Of a stretch of DNA of 64,000 nt, positions 12,326 to 24,150 are shown one piece after another; the first letter of the stretch is position 1, and each line of letters begins with the position of its first letter. A program made the translations under genes and the position numbers. The DNA comes from Raillietiella orientalis (taxonomy: Eukaryota), in contig JAYWIR010000012.1 of the NCBI GenBank assembly GCA_036172245.1, forward strand, positions 1,612,001 to 1,676,000, given 5' to 3'. Below the pieces are notes generated by a model. It worked only from the letters and a program-made list of their open reading frames with translations. It made no database searches and was not told the DNA's origin.

Positions 12326-14559
12326 GCAAGACTGGGTGAAAACCTGAGGCAGTTTCCAAGGTAGCGAGGAGTTCCAAGATGCTCTGAATTGAAGCTTAAG
12401 AACTGTGAACCTATTCTCTTGCTACTCAGGTATCTTTAGAGAACTCTGCAGGATGAGGAGCAAGTGTGGAGAATGTGCAATCTGTTTGGATGGAATTCAT
12501 GTGGATAAAGGGGGTAAGTAGACTTCTCGGTCAGGTTTCAACTGAGACCTCGAGGAACCGAGCTGTGCGGGAAATACCATTAAAGCTCTCGGATGGCCTT
12601 CGAATTTCAACCTCCGTTTGTTCTGGAGCAGTGGATGGATGTTGAATTTTGTGGTTCTCAGATCCAAAGCATGCAAGATTTGCGAACCAGGAAGGCGAAA
12701 TTTCCTCCACTCAGGTTCTCGGATTCCAAAACGGAAGCACATGTTTTTTTTTGTTTCTGAGCTCCTCTATTGAAGGCTAGTGGAAGCAGAAGACACACTG
12801 CTCATAGACCAAAGGAAAGAAATGTCCTGGCCGAAGGAGATCCTCGCATATTCCCTCAAGCAGTCAGTGCGTTCAGGCTGCTAAGAAGGAAATCCCCACA
12901 TTCATTGACATACTGTCTTCAGCAAGCACCGTCTGCAAATACAAGTGGCGTCTTCTGTTCCGGCAACGCGCTTTCCGGTGAGTCCCGTGAGCACCGTGTC
13001 GAATTTGACGGGGAGAATAAAGCAGGATCGGAAATTAGTGCTGCCTAGATGTGCTCGATGCTCAAGGCCCTTGGTCAAACTCCTGTAGTCTCACTCGAGC
13101 TGATTCCCGGCGACTTGAAGTCACAAATGCGGAGACAGCAGGAAGAGGAACAATCGAGCAAATCCGATGCGCGAGGGATACACGAACACAACTTGCTTTT
13201 GAAGGATTTCGAAAAGGGACGTGCAGAGGAGCGGTGACCTCTGGCAAAGTCCAGATGCTGCCAGTGGGTGGTCTTCGGGAAAGCAAATTGGAATGCAGCA
13301 CCGGAGACTGTTTTCCGGTGAGGCTGAATCCCTGAAACAAAATGGCACTGTGCAGTCAGTGTTGTGACATGATTCCGAGGTCATTCACTCAGTCTGAAAA
13401 GCGCAGCTGGAGAGCACGGGTCTTGACTTCTCCAAACGCTAATTTCATCAGCAGATCATCAGCTTCCGAACCGATGAGGAGACACGACTCCAACTCTTTC
13501 TCGACGCTTCGTCAACGCTTTCGAGCAGCAGGAAGAGTCGCCAATGATACCTGAAACTAACTCTTGGAGAGTTTCAGAGAAGAAGAAAAGCATTTTTGCC
13601 TCCTCAAAACGGATTTCTGGTGCTGCCTTGCATCAGAATAGCTCTGTCTTGACCTCAGTAATTTCGGATACTGAGAGAAACAGTAGCCTTGCATCTGCGC
13701 TGACCAACGGATGATTCTCTCTGATTTTCCGGTTTGTCATCTCCTTCAGACCTAATTGATCTGAAAGATGGCAGGATGCTGAGGGCGTTGCATCCAGGAG
13801 GCAAGGATGGAATCGTCAGCAAGGATGCTGGGAGTCCCGGATTCTTTTAAAGAGCCATAGAAACCAGGAAAAATTGCTGTGTTCGAAATACAGAAGTTTT
13901 CCCCAAGTTACTTTAGTTTCTCTTGCTCCCTACATCTTTACTTCTTAACCACCCTCCCTCGAGAAGCCAGCCTTGTCTCCCTGATGCATCGTCTACAGCC
14001 TCCGGTCATCCATTTCCTTTGGATCAAGAGAAAACCCATTATATGTGATTGCCTTAGGGCGTTTCTCAACGTGACCACTTCCACTACGCATTCGTTCCCA
14101 AAACTGTAGAGCAGATACGCCCAAGGAGCTAATCGTGGTCCCACGCTCACACACGAGCACCTGCAAAAAGCAGAAGACACCAGAAAAGGATACTTGAGCG
14201 CATGCGCACTCGTGCAATGCCTAGAGGCTTCCTTCATTTTTCCTTGAAATGCGCCCGATATCTCCTTCCTCGTCACTTCCCAGCAAACCTTCTTCGTTCA
14301 CAGGAAGAGCGATTAGTCTGGACCTTCCTGATCACGAGGCAGATTCAGGATTTCCTCCTGCTGCAGGCTTCAGTCAGGATCGCTTTTGCATCATCGTCGT
14401 GCGGTAGCGGGCGTGGCAGGGGAGACAACTTTTCTTGAGGCTGGGTCAACACATAATGCTCAGGTTCCGTCTGTCGGCTTCGTCATGAGGAAAGAAATGA
14501 AGTGCATCATAAACTTTTGCCACGGTCGACAAGTTCCAGCGACCATCCACTACTGTGCA

Positions 14560-15010
14560 GCCCAGTATTTCCAGGGTTGCTTCTCGTGAGAGAAGGGCTG
14601 ACGGCAGGCTCTTTGACCGCAACGAGATGCTGCATCCGCGTTATAGTGACTGTCCGCCACGTATTGGAGTCTTGTTCGCGGCGAAGAGAGGCCACCAGCA
14701 TGACAGCCGCCTTCGTAAGGACGACTGCAAGGTGGCCTCATCTTCCAGAAGAGGTCACCATGCACAGCCGCTTCTAGAAAGAAAGGAACAAGTAAAACTT
14801 AAGAACCTTATCTGGACCCACCCGTCTTTTTCTATTTATCTATTGGCTCCTCCCTCCGTTACCCACTTTTTTAGAAATTGGTCTGTGTGTTGGTGTTCAT
14901 CTCCAATGACCTTGTGCTTTTCTTTTTTTTTGGCATCTCTTTCATTCAGAGGACGCTCTTTCCCTCTGATTTGTGGTTCATTTTTTAAATCAACTTCCCG
15001 GCGTCACCCT
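14560..15010 (+). mobile_element. 5'-truncated LINE subfamily A (C-terminus plus 3' UTR)
   Basis: ORF 14502..14777 ends ...AAFVRTTARWPHLPEEVTMHSRF*. UTR is closely similar to 36490-36712. Confidence 0.8.
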
Positions 15011-15759
15011 TTCTCGTCCTGAATTTTCGGTAAGCATCTGAGATTCTTCCCACTCTTCGTTTGCTGATCCTCTAGAAACAAAAATCACTTTGCGATTCGT
15101 GGATTCGGGAATATTTCGAGATCTCAGTTTGGGGTTCATAATAATCACTTTTCAAGTTGATCCTTCAAGATGGAAGGATCAAATCTTTCGATTTTTCTCC
15201 TTTCTGTTACATCGTAAAGATTCAACCCTTGCAGAAACTTTCATGCTCGCACCTTCTTTCATGACCCTTAATAAAGAACAACCATTTTTTCAATTGCGGC
15301 GCCCTAGCTGATTCGCAAAACCCTGCTTCCGAGAGCGGAAAGAAGGACGACGTCTTCTTCGGTGATGCTTACAGAAAATGCTGGCTATCCTAAGCTCATC
15401 TTCTCGCACTGATGACCACTCTAAGAAAAGTCATCACTTTTCTTCATGCCGCATTCTTTCCAAAGCATAATGTTCCCTCGAAAAGCTTCTCCAGTCTCTG
15501 GAACTTTGGACTTCACGGAACAAATAGAAGCATAGCTGGAAAAGATAGGAAAGCGGTACTCAAGTGACCTCATGTCTGGAGTGTGCGGAGATGAGCACCC
15601 CTCCTTTTTCTTTTTCCTAGTCCAGTTCGTTCTTCAAGAAGATCAGTGTTGTTTGGCAGTAATCACTGCGACGTCATGTAAGGAAGCAACGCCTTATGAG
15701 AAGCCGGGAAGCTCCAAGAACAATGTTCAAATCCTTGAAAGAAAGACCTGTTGTGATGG

Positions 15760-16780
15760 TTTATCACCCGGATTTTTCCGGAGCATTTATTATGATAATA
15801 ATAAAAGTACATTAAATCAGCCATTGGTTCAACACCATCGTCCAGCTTACCAGTCTCCGGTACAAAGACTGATGAGGTCCACTCCAGCAGCGAAGGGAAG
15901 GGAAAAGCACAAAAACAAACAGCAAAGAAAAGAAGGGGGAGGGAAAAATTTTGGGGGAGAGGGGAGGGCAGGGAAGGGATTACAATACTCCGGGAGACGT
16001 CCCCTGCATCCTGTCCAGGATGCTGACAAGTATTCTTGTGTTGCTTAAGTAGAGCCATCTTGAACACAGTCTTCAAAAAGATCCGCACCCAGTGGATGGA
16101 ATCCCTGCCGTTCTGGCCTCTTCTTGTCGCGTTCCAGGCTGCCACGATTCCACAGACACAGCAGGGGACTGCTAGGGACGCGGCTGGCGGCAGAGCGGCA
16201 CGCATGAAGAGACGCCGAAATATATCCCTGGGGCCGCCTACCGGGATTTCTAGGATCGTCGACAGACGAACCCAAAGGGGTCGGAAGACGGCACTGTCCA
16301 GCAGAAAGTGCGGGAAAGTCTCTTTCTCGCTGCACCTTTTACAACTGACATCCGCACTCCCCCGTGTTCAATGATGGAGGCGTGCTTTGCGTAGGATTCC
16401 CCAATGCAACACCAGCAACGCCAACTCTTGCCACCTCAGGTGGACAATGCCACTGTCCCAACACGCTGGGGATCACTTCACCCTCCCTCGGAGGTATCGC
16501 GAGCAGTTCGCCCCAGCGTAACAGTCCTTTTGGCGGGACGCTTGAGATCTCTGAGTCCGTGAGCTACCTAGCTGTCCACGCACATAGCAGTTTCCTCTTT
16601 CCTGCAAGGTAGCAGGATACTTCCCACTTTGCCCGTAGATTGTTGTAATGGCGAAGTATCCTGGATCGCAAGAAAAAGAACACGGGGTGTAGTCTCGCCG
16701 TGACCTGACCTGATGCTGAAAAGGCACGCGTCATCATAACTGGCATGTGGGGCTTATTCAAAAGCTCAACGAACCGGTTC
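15760..16780 (-). mobile_element. 5'-truncated LINE subfamily B
   Basis: Minus-strand LHWG and ETFPH motifs, homologous to 17542-17892 and 35778-36017. Terminus AATAAATGCTCCGGAAAAATCCGGGTGATAAA. Confidence 0.8.
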
Positions 16781-17032
16781 GAAGACTAGCGCGAAAAGAG
16801 GAGGACGATGCTGAAACCATGGACTTTCCCTTTCGCTTTCAGGTAACCAAGCAACAACTTCGACCGTTGAAAAAGTTGGAAATCCCAAGAACCAGCTCTG
16901 TTTATTGAGAGAACGGAGAGATCACATAGAATAGAACCAGAACTTTTCAATCTTTACCAGCTTCCTGTGCTGTCCGCACGAGGTCACGGTGTCATCCTCC
17001 AAGTCGTCCTCGGACATGCGCATCATTTGATC

Positions 17033-20000
17033 TTTCACCCGGGTAAGCCGGGGCTTTTATTATTTAAAAAACATATTAACAATTATTAATTGCTGTCAAT
17101 TGATTTTTAATTGTATTTGTGTTCCTGTCAGAACACATTGTTCGTATTTGTTATGCACTTGATTTCCGAATTGAGTGCCGGTAAGGCCTTCTCCACTCGC
17201 GAAGGGGACGGGAAAAAGAAAAAAAAAACAAGAAACGAAAAAAAAAAGTTTGGGGGACAATGTTTATGGGGAGGGAAGGGAAGGGAAGGGATCTCTGTTC
17301 GCCGAGGGGAGGCCTCTGCATCTGGTTCCGGATGCGAACAAGTGCTGGCAGAATTTTACTCAGCCGGCGCCAACGGGAAGCCTTCTCCATGGAGATGACC
17401 GCCCAGTGGATGGCATTCCGACTACTGTGGCCTCTGATTGACGCGTTCCACTTATCCAGTATTCCTAGTATGCAGCAGAGAACTGCTACACACGCGGCAC
17501 CTGGCAGGGAGTTCCGCATCAGGAGGAGACGAAAAATATTTTCAGGGTCGCCCACCGGTACGTTTATGGCCGACGAGAGTCGATCCCACGTGAGGCGGAG
17601 GGCACACACACTCGATTAGTAAGTGGGGGAAGGTCTTCCTCTCCCCACACTCTGTACAATGGGCATCCAATCTCCCAATGCCCAGTGAGACAGGCGTGCT
17701 CTGCTCAAAAATCCCCAATGGAGCACAAGCAGCGCCGTCTCCTGCCAATCCAAAGGGAGGGTGCCACTGTCCCAATACGCCGGGGGCCACTTCACCTCCT
17801 CCGGAGGCATGCCGAGCAGCTCGCGCCAGAGCACAATTCCATTTGGCGGGACACTCGGGGTTGTAGCGTCCGCTAGTTCCCGGGACGTCCACGCCTTCAT
17901 TAGTTTTTTCCTGCCTCCGATGAGGCAGGACACTTCATAAGAAGCCTTCTCATCATTTGATACCAGTTCTTGGATGGCGATATTCTGATAGTCTCCTTCA
18001 TCGCTGATGTCTCAAGCCATGGGGCGAAAGATATGGCAGCCATATTGGATTGACAAAAGGAGCCACCATGAGGCGCCTCCTTTTGTCGATGTGCTGCTGT
18101 GCAATCTCCAACTTCCAGATCACCTCTTCATTCCGAGGTTACCAGGACTCTGGTAAGCCTACTATGATGAAATGGACAGCCACCTGAACGCCCACCGTCG
18201 ACAGGAAGGAAGAGAAATCTTCGTGTTTGGTCCCCTTTCTTTCTCGAGCACTGCTGCACATCTTTGTGGAATTCGCGTCAGAGCGTTTCGTAATACAGAG
18301 GATGAGAAACTTGGAAGCGGCGCTCTTCAAATCCGGCTCCTCGGTGTGACGTAAACGCGCACGATCAGTATGGAGGCCAGCAATGCGATCTGAAAATTCG
18401 GAGTGAGCAGCGCAGGTTCGACCAGGCTAGCTTGACGCAGCCCACTCATGGCATCTATCGCACTGCGATAGTGTGATGCAGTCCACGGACAAATTCGCAA
18501 TGTTTTTTTTTTCTTTAAAATAAAAGGGGAGTTGGAACCTCAAGGAGGGATCCTTACTATTGGCCTAGAATGATGGAAATCCTTTGGTTCTTTTGTTTTC
18601 TTTTTTTTTTTGGTTCGCCAAGTGCTGAAGAACCGTTCGCCTCCTCAGGGGGCTGACTAAATCCTTTACCCGCCACCCGAGGATGCGTGTCAACTCTTCA
18701 AGCTACAGAGGGTAACCTTGAAGGGACCACCCTTTGGATCCAGGAAGGCTCCGGAGGAAGCAGTCCATTCCTCTAACTCTTGGTAGGAGAACCGCGAATG
18801 GAAGCCTCGCCCTGGTTGTCTCCGAAGGGAATCCCGGTAAGATCTCTTCCTTATTCTCTCCGGAGAGACCCCTTGCTTTGTGGGGACTGCTTCTCGTTTC
18901 TTCTTGAAGGAACCCGCAAGGCAATCGCGCCCTGTTTCCTCCTCTGAAGAGAACCTCGAGAGGGACGCTTCCAGATTCCTCATAAAGGTCGCTCCCTGAA
19001 GGTAACAGCACCTTCCGACACTCTGGGGAGGCAACCCTTCGAAGGGGGTATCAATCAGCTCCATAATAACCAGGCTTTATTTCCACAACCCAAGAGGAAC
19101 TTTGAATGGCTCCTTGACTCTTGGAAGGACCCCAGAGGATGAACTTCTAATTCCGGCCGGTCAACGGGATCATCCAGTCTCACCGGCGCTGCATCTGAAG
19201 TTCGTGGGCCAATTAGCGCCGTCCTGAGGGGATCAAGTCGGAACCCCGACTAGAAATGAATGCGTCATTCCTTTCCAGGTATTCGAACCAGCAGCGATTG
19301 GTACTGCGCATTCGTAATGGTGAGGCTCTTGTGCCGCGAGTTCTTCGCCAATGAATCTTTCCAACTGCTTACGGAAGAAAACCGCGAAAGCAGATGGGAG
19401 GCAGCAAGCATTTGAGAATGCGCCAGCATCTTTGATTAAAGGAAAAACAAAATTTGCAATCGTGTTTCCGTGGAGGCTCCTTCTTGCGCCTTTGAGAAAG
19501 GCCGTTGGACAAAGGGACTGGGTTTTGTCCAGAGTCACCTTGAACATCCAAATCCATTCCTTTTCGCGTCACTTCTTCTTCATAACGTGGTAGTTGGCGT
19601 CTCGAACAGCCCTTGTCTTTAGAGAAGGTACCTCGTGGTCAGCACAATCCCTTTACCGTTCCTCAAGCGGTGGTTCGTTCCTCCTGAATTTCTGGACGCG
19701 TCTTTCGTTTCGAGGGGCGGCAGCATCAGCAACCTTCCTCTTCCACTCCTCTTCGCAGAGATCATAGTAGTTGCAGAGGGTCGATGATTTAGGAACTGGA
19801 AGACGGCAATGGGAAACCGAAGTATGTGGTAGTCCCCTCTCGCAGGCGGAAACAGTAGAAGCTTTGAGAACCAGAGAGCTTGCCTCAAAGCACGAGTGAA
19901 AGCATCTCGTGAGAGGCAGCGGAGCTGCGGGATCTGCTCATCTGATCGGACCCGGAAGAGAAAGCATTCCCAGTTCGGTTTCAAGACGTCTCTGGTCACC

Positions 20001-20100
20001 ATCGAGCTTCATCCTGCGTCAGGTGAGCTGCAAACCTGCAGCGGCTTCCCCTGAGGGACTCCTTCAAGACTGGTATCTGAAAGCAGAGGACTGGACGGGA
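17033..20100 (-). mobile_element. Decayed LINE subfamily B (RT N-terminal motifs to 3' end), interrupted by SINE copy 4
   Basis: LLVLHWG and HCTECGERKTFPHL (17542-17933). FVFPLIKDAG and RKQLERFIGEE (19233..19547-) resemble early RT motifs. Terminus AATAAAAGCCCCGGCTTACCCGGGTGAAA. May be more than one element. Confidence 0.7.
18503..19340 (-). mobile_element. tRNA-derived SINE, copy 4 (with tail module and poly-A)
   Basis: B-box GGTTCGAATAC (~19279-19289), conserved body, two A-tracts. Flanked by TTCGCAATG (18494-18502) and TTCGCCAATG (19344-19353). Confidence 0.85.
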
Positions 20101-22442
20101 AGTGGCGCACGCTCCCAACGAAATTCTGGAACGGTCGGTTCCCCTTCCCTCCCCCCTGTGTAGAAGTGATTTTCGTGTTTCATGGGATCTCCGCTCAATT
20201 AAAACCGACCGGGACTTCAGTCCTCCACCACAAACTCTCCTTCATGTGACCTCGTTACCTTGCATGTGTCTTCGTGTTTTCACACATTTTGAGGTTTAGT
20301 CCTTGCAGCATCCCTCCTCAGCCGGAGAGAGCAAATGTATGAGGATGTTCTCTGAAGTTCCAGTACCCACATCTTGAAGATCTTCCGAAGACTCGAACGA
20401 GTTTCCTGCTTACGCTAGCATCATTACTCTCCTCCTAAGGAATAATTTTGTTTACATCCACCACGATGCTTTGGCTACTCGTCGTCGCTGCTTGGTCCTC
20501 AATGGTGAAAATGGCAAACCACTTGCAGTTTCCTTGTGTTCATCGCGAACCACCCATTCTCTGCCGTTGAAGCAGCACAGATTCTTAGAAAACTCTACAT
20601 CTTAAAACTAGTTCTTAATCCTTGTAGATCTGAAGATTATTCTGCTGCGTGACCTCGGAATTCTCGGCTCCCGATCTTAAGTTTTCATAAGAGAAAGCGC
20701 CCAAGGACACAAGAGGAGAGCGGATGCGCGACGCTCGCAGAGATCCGAGATGTCTATTCGAGGAGACGATGTACTGCCGAAATCTGTGCCCTCACCCCTC
20801 ATAGGGACTGCAGGTCTCGAACCCAAATTCGAAAGACTGAACACATGATTCCTGATGAGCAGCGTAGATCAAGTATGAGGGTGCGTCCTCCGTTTTCTCA
20901 GGACGGGGTAAGGTCGCAGCCGTGACCGCGAGCTGGATGTTCCTTGGTCAGGGTCTCCTATCGTCTGTACGTTAGCTATAGAATTTACACCTCCCTCATC
21001 AACAACCCGCAGTCTTCGATAACTGTCTCTGTGCGCAGAATTGCAGAAGCCGAGTGCGTCTCTACAACAGAAATTTGATTTTCTCTTTTCAGCTTCTCAT
21101 GGAGCGAAGTCGATTACTGACAACCTCGACATGTCTCAGTTCTGATCTGGTGATTCACCCCGCGTCTTTGTGCTCTTGGTGTTCTTTTTCTTACTTATCT
21201 TTAAGAAGTCTATCTCACCATCTAGGTCAAGAGGAGAGTTGTGGTTTCCAGAATGTTAGAGCAACGTTTTTCGAGTTCCTGAGTGCAGAACTTCAAGAAG
21301 CAGGCAGATTCCCTCCCTTGGATCTGATTAGAGTCCTATTTATTCTGCTTTCGTCTTCCGTCTTTCATCTGAGGCGTCCATGAAGTATCAAGGAGGATGA
21401 TGAACCCCAACCAGTTTTGCGTAGTTGTTCGGAGGCGCTTCGTCCAAGTGGTCATCCGGCGACTGACCTCAATCATAGAGCAGACCTCGCATCCGTAGCG
21501 GCTGAGGTTCTCTTCTGCACTTCTGTTCCCCTTTCTGTTCAGCAGATTCCTCTTTCATCATGCCAAGATTTAGAGTTTCCTTCGGAGCATTTTCGAGAAT
21601 AACAGAATTGTGAGAGTTCATGAGGAAAGAAACATCACGGTGAAACAGCCTCAAAAGGATGAAAAGATCAGTATCTTTTGGGCACCCATCCCTGGTGATC
21701 CTCCATGCTACCCTTTGAAGAAGAATGCGAGAACGGGATGGAGAAGCAGGTGCGCAAATCCTGAAGAACTTTGAGCGAAAACGAGGGTCCGGTGATGACC
21801 AGTGGAGGGAAGGACTCGCCGTTTTCCTAAGAGAAAGATGAGATCCTCGAGGATACCAAATTCCAAAGACTCTTCTCTTGGTATGCGAAGGCAGCTAGAA
21901 TCTAAACAGAACATTCTCCTAGTTTCAAGTGTTCCGGAGATGAGTCTTCCGGATGGCGAGCACTACAAAGTACCTGGCGAAGACCCACTTTTAATGGAGA
22001 TTTTCTCTTCAGAAAACATCCTTTAGTGCTTGCGTAGGGGTTGCTGCATGCGGAAGCTCAGTGGATATTTCTCTACCGCACTAGAACTACACAAAACATG
22101 CACAAAAATGTTCTTCGCGGCCACAATATATGTAGTCGTGCAAAGGCTGAGGCATCCTGAACCTTCATTTACTCAGGATGCTACGGTCCTTGTGAGCACC
22201 AGGAGAAACTGACTCGGTAGCGAGCTTCCTGCGGAGATTCCCAGAAGGAACATAGGCAAAGAAACGAAGACGAAGGAAAAAAGGACACTGGTCTTTATTC
22301 GATTCTGTCGTTTGAAAGGCGAAACAACTACCTTGAAGTCCGACTAAAAAGGAGTGTAACTCTAGCAGCAGATCGATCTATGATGGGTTTATTGATCCAT
22401 TGTCGCTCACAGTTATCTCATGGCTGTTGTTGAACTCTCAGT

Positions 22443-23290
22443 GATCATCATCCGGTTATGGAGGCTCACTTATTTACATAAAGCCATGAAAATACATTGG
22501 TGTGGTAAAACCCATGGTTTTAGCACGTGCAATGAACCTGCCGAATGCCGGTGCGCAGTCCGGCGAGGTCCGCTTCGGCAGCGTGGAGGAAGGGGAAACA
22601 GAAAAAATAAAAATAATTAAAAAAAAATAAACAAATAAAACAGAAGAGGGGAATTCTTACGCAAAAAGGGAAGTTGACGGAGAGGAAGGGATCACAGTAC
22701 GCTGCCAGGCGTCCTCTGCATCCTGTCCAGTATGCTAGTAAGTTCTGTCCTTGTACCGCCCAGGTGAGGCCATCTCGAGGAGATCTTCAGGAATACTCGT
22801 GCCAGTGGATGGCGCCCTTGCCATTTCTGTCGCTTCTTCTGATATTCCAGGCTGCCACGACAGCAGAGAAATGCAAGGGACGGGCTGGCTGCAATACGGC
22901 ACTCGTGGAGAAGAGTTCCAGAATGTCACTGGGGCCTCAGGATACCTAGGACCGTCGTGAGGTGACCCAAAGAGGATGGAGGTCCAGCAGCAGGTGCGGG
23001 AGAGTCTCCTTCTTCCCCACTTGCCTCACGAGACATCCATGCTCACCCGTGTCCAGTGGTGAAGGCGCGCAGCGCACAGGATTCCCCTATGCAATGCCAA
23101 CTCCTGCCACTTGGGGGGGGGGGGGAGGGAGCCATGACTCCAGTGCGCTGGAGCGACTTCACCTCCTCCGAAGGGATGTCGGGCAGCCCTTTTCAGCGTA
23201 GAAGTCCTTGGTGTGGAAACTCGTGATCTCGGCGTCCGTCACCTCCCGAGTTGTCCACCCGTCCAGAAGTTTCTTCTTTGCTGTAATGCA
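22443..23290 (-). mobile_element. 5'-truncated LINE subfamily B
   Basis: GKKETLPHLLL-type motif at ~22985-23020. Stop region and UTR are homologous to 15880-16330. Confidence 0.75.
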
Positions 23291-23292
23291 AC

Positions 23293-24150
23293 ATGGCCTA
23301 GGATAATGGAAACCCTTTGGGGTTGCCTTTTGCTGCATTTCTTCTAGCTTTTTTTGAAGGTGTCCCTTTTTTTTTTTTTTGGAGGGGATTCGCTAAGCGC
23401 CGAAGAACCGTTGGTTTCCTCAGAAGGGGACCCACGAGGCTCTTCAATGCTGTCCACGCCACCCGGGTAACTCCTCAAGTTAGGGAGACCCCGGATGGAG
23501 ACCATCCTATGAATCCAGGAAGACTCCATTCCTCTTACGCTTGGGAGAATATTCCAAAGGGAAACCCTTTTTGTCCTTTCCGAAGGGACGCTAAGGAGGC
23601 GAGTCACTCTTCATGTCTTCTCAGAAGGGACCCCGGGAAAGACACTTTCCTGAATTTCTTCTCTGGAGGGAACCTGCAAGAAAACTGCCTCCTGTTTTCT
23701 CCTCTGAAGAGTATTCCGAAAGGACTCTTCCAAATTTCTCTGAAGGGCTGCTCTCTTGAAAAAGCAGCGTCTTTCTTAACACTCTTCTGAACACTCTGGC
23801 AACTTAACACTTGACACACCAACCAGCTCCATGGAACACGATGGAAGGTATCCTTTAGAGGAAGGGAACGGCTCCATTTTCACAGCCCAGATGCGAACCC
23901 CGAAGGGAGTCGGTGTCTTGATTTCTGTAAGTGCCTGGAGGGTCAACTTCCAATCCAGGCTAGTCAACGGGGCATCCCATTTATGGCTTCCACCAGTGTC
24001 TTTGCATTCAAAACCTAGATAAACCAGCGTCATATTGCGGAAGAACTAGAAACCCACGATGCACCCGTTTCTCTGCCATCCCCGGGTGAGATTCGATCCC
24101 GCAACGTTTGGTACCACGCGCGGAGTCCTCAGCCACTCGGTCTCCAAGGA
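23293..24150 (-). mobile_element. tRNA-derived SINE, copy 5
   Basis: Head GAGACCGAGTGGCTGAGGACTCCGCGCGTGGTACC...GGGATCGAATCTC, conserved body, A-tract, partial tail. Confidence 0.85.
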
